A stretch of DNA of 64,000 bases, from positions 11,473,355-11,537,354 of the forward strand of contig CAVNZM010000006.1 in assembly GCA_963693365.1 (NCBI GenBank). The letters are read 5' to 3'. Of the stretch, positions 41,712 to 64,000 are shown piece by piece (position 1 is the stretch's first letter; each line of letters opens with the position of its first letter). Both the position numbers and the translations under genes were made by a program. The stretch comes from Amoebidium appalachense. Taxonomy: Eukaryota > Protista > Ichthyosporea. Under the pieces are notes generated by a model. It worked only from the letters and a program-made list of their open reading frames with translations, searched no databases and was not told the origin of the DNA.

Positions 41712-42257
41712 CCCCCCCCTCTCCCTCCCCCTCCCCCCCCCCCTTCCTCCTGCCGGGCCCCTCTCTGCTGTGCACCTTCCTCTCTCCTCCTTTGGTTCAC
41801 TTGAAACCCCCCCCCCCCCCTTCCCCCCCTCCCCCTTTCCCATGGCTCCTTCACCCCCAGGGCTGGCACATCTTTGCTCATCGGCAGGGTAGGCGGGTGG
41901 GGTTTGAGCGCTGTGGCTGTGGGGAGGGGCTGCCGTGCAGGCTGCTGCTGCTGGACGGAGAGAGGGTGGTGGGCCATGCGGCCCTGTGTGCCGTGCAAGG
42001 AGGGGTGGGGGCCGCCCTTGTCGAGTCGGGTGGGTGCACAGGAGAGGGGGTGAGCGGCTATGTTGTTGGGAAAGGCTGAGGGTTACGGTGCTCCGTTGAT
42101 GGCCGTGCTTGTGTGTGTGCCCCTACGAGTGGGCCTGACTGGCTGGCTGGCATGCCCCTTATTTGTCTTCGTTGTTTTCTTCCTTTTTTTTTTTTTGTTA
42201 TTATTATTATTTGTTATTGTTTGGGGTGGACGGGATGGAAGAAGAGGGAAAGGAGGA

Positions 42258-42291
<34 letters not shown>

Positions 42292-42405
42292 GGGGCTATT
42301 GGTTTGATCTTAAACTGTCGAGATATATTGTAAGGGAGTGAGTGCACATACATTTGTACGTACATACATACCCACATATATGCACAATCGCAACTGGCGC
42401 GCGCG

Positions 42406-42461
<56 letters not shown>

Positions 42462-42934
42462 GTTTTGATGTTGGTAGTTTGGGGTTGTTGGGATTGTTTT
42501 TGGATAGGACGCTACCAAAAAGGGTGATAAGGTAGGTGCATGGGTGTGTTTACTGATTGGGATTATTAGATTGGCCTGTGTCTGCTTTTTTTTTTTTTTT
42601 TTTTTTTGGGGGGGGGGGGTGGGTGGGGGGGGGGGGGGGGGGAGGGGGGGGGAGGGGGGGAAGGCAACTTTGTCGGTCTTGATTTTGAGTTCTTTCTGTT
42701 TGTTTGTTTGTTTGTTTGTTTGTTTGTTTGTTTTTTTTTGTTTTTTTTTTTTGAGGGGGAGGTGGGGAAGCAAATTCTGGCACCAGCGATATTTCCAGCA
42801 GTTACACCACCCATGAGGGCTTGTTTGGTGGTGGTGTGTATGTGGTGTCCTGTGGTGGTGTGTGGTGTTCCGTGGTCGTGTGTTTGCGTGTGTTATGTGT
42901 GTATGTGTGTGTGTGTGCGTGAGTGTGTGCGGAC

Positions 42935-42999
<65 letters not shown>

Positions 43000-43250
43000 C
43001 GGGGGGGGGGGGGGGGGGGGGGCTGCAATGGAGCAGTGTGATGTGTGCTGACGGGAGGCCATGGGCAGTGATTGTGTCGCCAGACTGCAGGGGGCAGGGA
43101 TTGGGCCGCAAACTGATGCAGATGACCGAGGAACATGCCAGAAGGTCGGCTGCAGCACTGTGCTCTCTCATACACACACACACACGCACGCACACACACA
43201 CACACACACACAGACACAAACACACACACAAACACATACATACACAGACA

Positions 43251-43304
<54 letters not shown>

Positions 43305-44349
43305 CATATATATATCCATCCTTCATCCTCGTATATCCTCATATCCTCATATCCTTATATCCTCATATCCTTATATCCTCATATCCTTATATCCTCCCCC
43401 ATCCTGGTATATCCCCATATCCTCTGTTCTCATATACCATCAAACCCTCGTATTTTCGTATCCTCGTTAGTGCATATATGCCCCTATCGCTCTCGGGTTA
43501 GAAAGGCAGACTTGACAAATGTTGGACAGGCGGGGAGCGTGGGGAGGGGGGGGGGGGGGGGGGGGGGGGGTTAGTTGTGCATGTATTGCAAGATCGTAGG
43601 ACCAGTATTTCCATGTATACACGTGCCACGAACTAACACCCCCCCTCCCCCTTACAGCATCGGAGTGAGGGTGCTGCACCTGTCGACCACGGACAAGGCA
43701 GGGTTCTACATGGCCCTGGGCTACACACAGGGGCCTAGGGTCGATGGCCTCAAGGGGCCTGCTGCAGCACTGCATGGGGAGGGGGTGGGTGGCACACACA
43801 CACGGGTGCACGTGCACACACGTGGGCGCACGGGCATACCACACAAACATGAACAACACGAATATACAGGCGCGCGTGCACATATGCACACGGATGCGCA
43901 CAGATGCATGTGTACACACACCATTCGGGCACACACATGGGTGCCTGGTCTGTGCTTGCCTGTTGACAACCAGCCAGCCAAAAAAAGAAAAAAATAAAAA
44001 ATAAAAAATAAAAATAAAATAGAAAACTATCGTTTTCCCCATGAACCCTTTTCAACCCCTCCCCCACACACACACACACCGCCCCGATCACGCTTGGCAC
44101 TACCACATTGCACATGTTTGCTGACTGCATACCCTCACCATGGCCATGCCTCTGGTTTCTTCTGGGCCCTTCCAGGTTGCAGCCCCCAGCAGCCAGCCTG
44201 AGGCCCAGCCCCCCACGGCACTGCCCAGGGAGGGTGGCCCCCACCCAGCCAGTAGGCCACCTGCCTGCCCCCCACCCCCGCCACCCCCAGTAAGGCCTCC
44301 AATCGCGGCCCCCCGACCCCAGGCCGTGTGGCTGCAGAAGCATCTGTGA
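40754..44349 (+). CDS. NAA80: NAA80 (NAT6)-like actin N-terminal acetyltransferase, ~204 aa, 5 exons: 40754-40854, 41893-42029, 43069-43144, 43658-43784, 44176-44349
   Basis: LLNAHWPRSATAR, PCRLLL..VVGHAAL, LVESVIV..RGQGLG (acetyl-CoA motif), LHLSTTDKAGFYMALGY, polyproline loop and C-terminal WLQKHL. Phase-compatible GT-AG junctions. Confidence 0.87.
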
Positions 44350-44856
44350 TAGCCAATGCACGTGCACACCTGCCGGTGGCCACTCTGAGTCATACTGACG
44401 GCACGTACGCACCCACTTACCCGGGCATCGGATTTGCTGGAATAGAGCGCACGCCACCAGGCCCTGCTCCATGTGTGCTACTGAGCACGTGCATGTGGGT
44501 GCCACCACAGCACGTGCATGTGTTTGCTAGCAAAACACGTGCATTTGTTTGCTAGCAGAGCACGTGCATGCTGACTGCACGTTGGCCCCACCGGTGTTGT
44601 TGGAGCGTGGCAACCCACCAAAAAGAAACAATGTCCTGGGCCTAACACGTGCACGTGACGTCATAGTTATATAGTGTGGTGGTTGTGGCAGTGTGTGTAA
44701 ACAAGCACAGCTGTACAGCCACCCTGTCTGACCTGGGTATCTCGGGAGAATGGTACGGTAACTGTACCCACCCAATTGCTAAGCCTTTATAAAGGAAAAA
44801 ACACAGCTTGGCCATGGCTCCTGCCTTCCGCCCGCCTGGCCATGTGCATGCTGCAG

Positions 44857-44895
<39 letters not shown>

Positions 44896-45498
44896 TCCCC
44901 TCCCTCCCCCCCCCCCCCCCCCCCCCCCCGTGCACACAGTGTCACACACACACACAAACACATGATGCATCCTCCGGGACTGTACATTCCCTCGTGTGCA
45001 TGTGTTCTTTCAAATTTCTCTTTGCAACAAATGTAGATCTGCAGCTGAAGTAAAGGTGCCTTGTGTATACATGTTCTCGGACCTGGTCCGTCGTACGTGT
45101 GTCAAAGTCATTGTGTACTTTGGTTTAGGCCCTTAGCACTCTCTACCCTCCGGCCTCCGGAACCCCCCCCCCCCCCCCCCCCCCTTCCTCGCCCCCGGGG
45201 GGGGCCTGCACAACATATATACATAGTTTTTAAGGAAAGAATGTGCTGTGACTGCCTACTGTCAGTCCTTTTTCTAGCTTTTTGACTTTTTTTTTTCTTT
45301 TTCCATCGTATACACGTTTGCCACCTTATGATAACACATACATCGACCCCGTTGCAACCCCCCCCCCCCCCCCCCCCCTCATCACGGCCCCGGGCCCCCC
45401 GTCACAGTTGCGAATCATGCCCGATCAAATCATAGTTTGCCGTACTGCGACTCAGAGCTTCGGTGCCCACTGACAGAGTGTGTGTGTGTGTGTGTGTG

Positions 45499-45566
<68 letters not shown>

Positions 45567-46999
45567 CACGTGTGTGTGTGGGTCTGTGCGTGTGTATACG
45601 TACACGTACTGTGTGAGCTGGCACGTCCTGACTGTTCCCCGTCCTATATATTTCAATCGACAAAGACTGGTGCATGCGCACTGAGGCTTAGCTATAGGGC
45701 AGGCGAGGCAGGTGACTATTCGCTTCCGCAGCGACTAACTCAGGACACGGAGCTCCCGATCAGGAATGAGAGCTACCTAGAGTGTATGTGTGTGTAATCT
45801 TGAATTTCTGGAGCTCTTAAGTTTGCTAATTTTATTTTGATTTTAAAGTTTTCCTTTTCATTTACCGGCCCGGGTATTTCATTCTTTCTTTTTGTGACGC
45901 TTACCTAATTTGGGCCTATTGGCCAGAGGGGGATGGGTGGGTTTGTGTACATGTGTGTGTGTGTGTGTGTGTCAGTGTGTGTTACACATACTGTTAGTGT
46001 CACACACACACAGTCACAGTCACACACACACACACACACACACATACACGCACACGCACACACGCGCGCACACACACACACACACAAACCCACGGTGACC
46101 CAACCCCTTTGGCCAAAAGACCCTATTTTTGTGTGTGTGTGTGCGTGATGGTGGGTGTGTAACTGTGTGCGTGTGTGTGTGTGTGCGTGTGAGGGTTGAG
46201 AGAGAAAGGGGGGAGAGGGGGGCAGGGGGGGGGGGGGGGGGGGTTGCAGCCACCACACACGCCACAGTGTTCTGCACGTGGAATTTACACGTGTTTAATT
46301 TCGGCATATGTACAGGTCTGGGTGGCCGCCCTGGGTCCAGCCGCAGGCACCTCATACGTTCAACACCTACATTCCTAAGCCCGCACTGGGGTCTGCTACG
46401 GAATCTGGTGGCGCTGTGCCGGCACCCCACTGTGTGCACGTGCATGCAGCGCCCCCTATGTCATACATGACCATGTGCCACGTGGCACCATGCACGTGGC
46501 AGTGTGTGTGTGTGTGTTTGTGTGGGTGTGTGTGTGTGTGTGTGTGTGTGTGCGTCCATTCGATGTGTGGCCCCCCCACCCCGGCAGTCCCATTCACACT
46601 GACCGGCCGTGGCTGGCAGCAGAACCATTGGTGCATGTGCATGTGTCTGTGTCCGACCATACGTGTGTGCTGCCTCGTGCGTGCTTTTCACATATAGATT
46701 TGCAGTGTATATGGCTATGTAGATTTTGTTGCGGGGTTTACATGCGTACACAAACTAACCTACGGTATGTTGTGCCATGTTGTGTGCCTGTGCGTGAATG
46801 TATATACCAGTGTGCGCCTGTGTGTGCGCCTGTGTGTGTATATGTGCCTATGTGTGCCTGTGTGTCTATATATACCTACGTGTAACTGTACGTGCCTGTG
46901 TGTGCCTGTGAATATACCTGTGTGTGTGTGTAGCAATGTGTGCCTGTGATTGAGTATATACCTGTGTGTGCCCCTATGTGTGTGCCTGTGTGTGTGTGG

Positions 47000-58460
<11,461 letters not shown>

Positions 58461-59000
58461 GGTGGCGGGGGTCGAGGTGGGCTGCCTCTCGCAGGGAGCA
58501 CACGCACGTAACCACCTAACCTCCCCACTGCTCGCTGAAGAGAGACCCTTTAGCTGGCATGAACTTTCAAGGCGGGCCCGGGCTGCCAGCTGGCAGGAGC
58601 TGATCACTGAGTCAACGCCGGGTGCTTCGGCGAAAGTTAGAATATAAATATAGTAGAGTATTGGTTGTTAATGTTTAAATAGCCATATAGGGATTATCTT
58701 TGAAATAACCAAGCGATGATTGGTGCTTGTCACTTCCTGCTTATGCCGCCTTTGTGACTTGACTGACAAGCGTGCGCCGACTCCGAACATTTGCATGATC
58801 GTGATCATGAGCAGCTGAGCTTGAAGGTCAAACCGTGTACAGTCGAAAGGCTGCATGTACCGTGTGATGATATTCAGACGGGTTGTTCTTGTGAAGTGCA
58901 CGCACTTGGGACAACTTGAACAACCGAAACTTGCGCATCATTTTGCTTTCTGAGACTTGGGCTGATACTGGTACCGGGGAGCCTCCGGGAAGAGGGGGAG

Positions 59001-59075
<75 letters not shown>

Positions 59076-59603
59076 GGGGAGGGGGGGGGGGGGGGGGGGG
59101 GGGGAGGGGGGGGAGGGGGAGGGAAAGGTACATGGGTGGCCAGGCACCAACCACTTCTCTGTTTAGCTAGCTAAAATTTTAGTGCCGATCGCGACCTGCT
59201 GTGCCAACTAGTACTTGCAATTGGCTATGCAGGGCACTGCACTTTGACGCATTTAGGTATCACCGAGGATAGGCAGACGCTGCGTGCTCTCACACGGGCA
59301 CTGTGCGTACGCCGTACGGTACGCCGCGTGCACACGTGTGCCTCTTGGCCCTTTTTTCCGCCCGGGGCCAGAACCTCCTGGTGCGTGCGAGGCGAGGCAA
59401 AAGGCTTCAGCAGTTTTTTTGTGTTGCAAGACCTGATGTTTGGCCTTTCTCACATAAGCCTGTACTTCAGAGGGCGCTAGGGCTCAGCCTCCAGACCAGA
59501 GCTACGAGCTATGCAATGGCACGGTGCTGTGCCCAATCCTTATATGTAATTTGTCTGCAGGGAGGCGGGGTGGTCCACAGCACGGGTAGACCACAGTCAC
59601 CAC

Positions 59604-59685
59604 ACATGATTGACTGGTCACAAGCAAGAAGCAGTGCCACCGCAACATGATTGACTGGTCACAAGCAAGAAGCAGTGCCACCGCA
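59604..59685. repeat. perfect 41-bp tandem duplication in the aconitase/MGRN1 divergent intergenic region
   Basis: ACATGATTGACTGGTCACAAGCAAGAAGCAGTGCCACCGCA twice. Confidence 0.92.
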
Positions 59686-59847
59686 GCGCCTAGGGGTTGC
59701 TTGCCCGCTTGCGTGTACTGTTCGCGAGTGTGACAGCGTGTGACGAGAGTATCGGGCACGCGTACATGTGTGTGACCAGGTGCATAGGCCTAATTAGATG
59801 TGGGAAGCGTCGACGTTGTGCAAGCGCCGCCGTCGGGGCCGGGGGGG

Positions 59848-59885
<38 letters not shown>

Positions 59886-60491
59886 GGGGTGGGGGGGGGC
59901 CACGGCCGTCCTCGGGGATAGGGGGAAGTAGCCTACGGGGGAAGACCTACAATAGGAGCCCCGAGCCCCGGAGGGGGGGAGGGGGGGGGGGGGGGGGAGG
60001 GGCGGGGGGGAGGGGCGGGGGGAAGGGCCTCTGGCATGGCTGCGCGATAGGTAAATATGCGCATGATATCGAAACAGTATGTTCACCGAGTCAGCTGCAA
60101 TAAAACTTATTGTGAATGTACCATTGGTCGCTGGTCTGTTTTATCATGGAATTTTTAGCCGGGTAAGATGCATTCCTGTGGTTTATCGACCTTGCCTTGT
60201 CATCCGTGACTCGAGCCTCCGCTGAAGCTTTTGGCGGTCACGTGTTTTTTAGAGTTGTTTAACATAGTGCTTGGTGCCATATTTTTGTAGACCAGGCTGC
60301 CGCACGGGCCTTTCCCACCCACTGACACCACCTGCTCTAGTGCTTCTTGGTGGCCCGCTTTTGCTGATTGTAGGACCGCTCACCTGTGTGTCCTGGCACC
60401 CACCCACCACCCAGTGGCCCCCCTCAAGTGCAGGTTTTCACACACGGTCCACGTGCCCTTGGCCCCACGTGCCCTTGGCCTCATTGTCGCC

Positions 60492-61357
60492 ATGGGCAAC
60501 ACGCTGACTACGCTGACGGGCTGGCGGCCCTCAGCCGTGCTGCCACAGCCCCCCGAAGAGCTGCCCCCGGTTGCTGCTCCGCCCCCAGAGCCCAAAGATG
60601 GTAGGTGCATGGGATATCAAGGCAGGAGGGCAGGCACACGGTCGCACTTGGTTAGCACTAGCAGGAACAGAAGGGTAGAGGTGCACACTGCTAGGGCAAA
60701 CTTGCGGCGGCCACACAACACACCCGCCCGAAGCTATACACAAACACATGGAGTTGTGCCCGTGCATGTAGGGACATAAAAGGGTTGGTGATGGCCATGC
60801 ACTTTGACCGCACCAGCAGGCCCCCACTAGATCCCCCAGAAGACCATTCAGACCCAGTTTGCACAAAAGCATACACCCCGAGGCCCACCAACAATTCCAA
60901 TACATGTGCAAAAGCACGAATTTATAGACATACAATTCAAGCATGCACTCAAGCACGCACAAACAGCCCAACATAGGAGGCTAATGAGTGCACAGCGGTA
61001 CTATGCATTTAGATGTACACAGAGTGCACATTCACGTGAAGATGTTTGGCCGTTGCAAAAGCTCCCCGGCACGCACACACCGGGCACACCAGCTTGCTGA
61101 CACCGCTCCTCACCCCTAGGCAGCTACTTTGGCACGTTCTTCTTCATGGGCGGGGTCAAGTTTCCTGCTCTGGACCCCGAGGCATACCTGTACGGCAACA
61201 TGGCCGACCTGGCCTTCCTACCAAATGCCCCCAGCAAGCTTGACGTACGTGCCTGTGTGTGCTGTTGTGTGCTAGTTGCCTGTGCACGTGTCATGTGCGA
61301 CAATCACAATTCATTTTTGGCCATCACATTTCGCTGGCATTGCTGTTTTGGGGTTCA

Positions 61358-61399
<42 letters not shown>

Positions 61400-61456
61400 A
61401 AACATCAGAAGGCACTCACAGACAAGTGGATGCACATGCGTGCACGCGCGAGCACG

Positions 61457-61494
<38 letters not shown>

Positions 61495-61744
61495 TACACA
61501 CACACACCACACACACAGAAATATCCGCACGCGCGTGCGCGCATACACACAAACACACACACATCCACACACACACACACACAGGCACAGGCACATACAC
61601 TCATGCACGCACGCACGCACCCAGCCACCCACATACACACACATCCATGCAGGCGCGCGCGCACACACACACACACAAAACACAAAACACATGCACACAC
61701 ACACACACAATACACGTTCACACATACACACACACAATACACGT

Positions 61745-61832
<88 letters not shown>

Positions 61833-62187
61833 CTCACTAAGGGCATGTTGCAGGACGGGCAGCTAGCCGTCAGCAGGCCGCATGCCACGGTGCTGCAGGC
61901 ACAGGTGCACGTGCGCAGAGACACCGTGCGGCTAAGCAGAGAGGAGGGCCAGCTGCCCCACGTGGTGTTCACGTGCGACAGCCTCGTGCCGTGCCGTGTG
62001 TCCGTGCACATGGGCGCCCTCGAGTCCATCGACCAGCACCACAACATGTGGTAGGTGGCCTTGGCTGCTGCTGCTGGTGGCGGTGGTGGTGGTGTGTGTG
62101 GTTGGGTGGGTGAGTGGTGTGGTAGTGTGGTAGTGTTGGTGGGGGTGGTGGTGGTGGTGGTGTGCTGGTGTGCTGGTGCGTGTGCAT

Positions 62188-62223
<36 letters not shown>

Positions 62224-63030
62224 GTGTGCGTGTGTGTGTTTGGGGGGGAGGGGGCGGGGAGGGGGGCACAAAGTGGTGGTGACCCTCAAAGCTGAGCAGT
62301 AGACCGTGTGGATCAACCCCACCAGCTCACTACCCCCTTCCCGTCCTGCTCATGTGAGCGTGCATTCCAATATCTGTTCTGCAACACGCTCCAAATATGC
62401 TGTATACACATGCGAAGGGGGAGGAGGAAAAAAATGCTGAAGATTAGGGGTGCACGAGGAAATTCATCAGGCACACCCATTCACACCACCTCTTGTCCTC
62501 CCAATACAACAGCTGACCCCTTTCCCAGTTTTGGTGCGCAGGTATCGTCAGGTGTGTTCGATCACCCCGCAGGCATGGGCCAGGCCTTTACTGGGCGCTG
62601 GGGAGTGGATGTGACGTTGTTGGCTGAGGCCGAACGCAAGTGGGTGGCCGGGGCACAGCGCTACCCCCTGGTCATCCTCGTGCAGACGGTGGACAAAGGT
62701 GGGTGTGGCCTCAAGCCCACCACTCAGTCTGAGAGCTATTAAGCATGTGGGGTGGGCACATGGAGATCAAAGGGAACGGAACGTAGGGTGGACCTTGCCG
62801 TGTCAGTGCATGCCCTTGCAGCATGACAAGCACTAACCAGCACCACCTGCAGACATCCCTACGCACATTGGCAGGTCTCTACATGCACACTCAAATGCAC
62901 GTACGCCTACACACGCACACGTGTGTACCCGTGCATCCATGTATGCACCCACACACACGTGCATCCGAACACAAACACACACAAACACGGCACATGCACA
63001 GACAAACACACAGACACAGACACACACACA

Positions 63031-63072
<42 letters not shown>

Positions 63073-63172
63073 TACACACTCACACTCACACACACACGCA
63101 CACACAACACGGTCACTCTCACACACACACAAACACACTCACACACATCTAGCATATATAACACACACATAC

Positions 63173-63220
<48 letters not shown>

Positions 63221-64000
63221 GCACGCACGCACACACGCACGCACGCACATACACAGATCCACGCCTCGTGCAGAGTGTTGCGACCATTTGCTCGTTTGAG
63301 GAGTCTTCCACCGGTGCCCTCTCTCTGACTGTCCACAAGCAGAAATTCAGTGTATGCAGCCCCTTGCCCCACATATCCTCGCCTGTCACATGTTAGGGTT
63401 CTGCTGCTGAATCTTGAGGATTCGTGGCTGCATCGGCACAACCTTGCATTGATTAAACAATGACGTGTGTGTGGGTGTGTGTGGGTGTGTGGGTGGGTAG
63501 GTAGTTAGGTAAGTGGGTGGAAGGGTGTGGTTGGGTGGGTGTGGGTGTGGGCGTGGGCATGGGGATGGTCTTTCTGCCGTCTGTGTGGTGCGAGTGTGTG
63601 TGTGTAAGGGCATCGCTCTGTTGGTGTTTGTGTAAGGAGGATGCTTCGGCGTGCATTTTGTGTGGGTGTGTGCACAGCAGGTGTATGCGTGTAGGGAACC
63701 TTGAGGCCTGTATGCATGGGGGGGGGGGGGCCTTCGAGGTGTGTTTGCATACCAACCGAACTTGGTGTGTGGCTGTGTGTAAGGGGATATACCGATCGCC
63801 CTCCATGTGTTGCTGTGTGCTGATCACCCTGCACGGGCAGGCGCACGGCACGTCGTACATGCTGCAGGAGCTGTACGGCATCGAGGCCACGGGGGAGGGT
63901 GCGGAGGCCGAGGTAGACGAGGACCAGGCCGACTGCATCGTGTGCATGTGCGAGCCACGGGACACGGCCGTGCTGCCCTGCCGCCACCTGTGCCTGTGCC
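60492..64000 (+). CDS. MGRN1: Mahogunin/RNF157-type RING E3 ligase, 3'-partial; exons 60492-60600, 61120-61244, 61854-62050, 62326-62353, 62542-62698, 63257-63351, 63841->64000
   Basis: N-myristoylation start [72 protein letters not shown]. Confidence 0.9.

Noticed and set aside
58916-58990. IILLSETW resembling a LINE APE endonuclease motif
   Set aside because: In-frame stop shortly upstream, poly-G downstream and no other endonuclease or RT motifs.
61825-61853. Second apparent CG acceptor (CACACG|ACTC) in MGRN1
   Set aside because: A canonical in-phase acceptor with a branch-like ACTAA lies just downstream (CAG ending at 61853).

Overview
Eukaryotic, intron-rich genomic DNA; introns are full of (GT)n/(CA)n microsatellites, poly-G/poly-C tracts and minisatellites. 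Gene content (animal-type AIMP1, MGRN1, NAA80, a WT1/EGR-type zinc finger) points to a holozoan, probably a unicellular relative of animals (inference). By hand I can model nine host genes: AIMP1/p43 (+), an AMPK-related kinase (+), a plant-type GH2 endo-beta-mannosidase (-), a plant/algal-type DUF6817/TPR-like protein (+), an intronless F-box/LRR gene (-), an intronless C2H2 zinc finger with an eh1 motif (-), NAA80 (+), a divergent cytosolic aconitase/IRP1 (-) and MGRN1 (+, runs off the window). Mobile DNA comprises a Ty3/gypsy gag-pol fragment (1-2507, -) and a non-autonomous hAT-like element with a perfect 8-bp TSD (15792-16580). Best leads: the WT1-like + eh1 repressor, a head-to-head pair of plant/algal-type genes, unusual splicing signals ((CA)n-abutting acceptors, two consecutive GC donors, tandem arrays that duplicate 3' splice sites), and possible UAG read-through between gag and pol. 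Several 1-nt frameshifts fall in homopolymer runs and are probably assembly errors. All family assignments come from motif recognition, not database searches.
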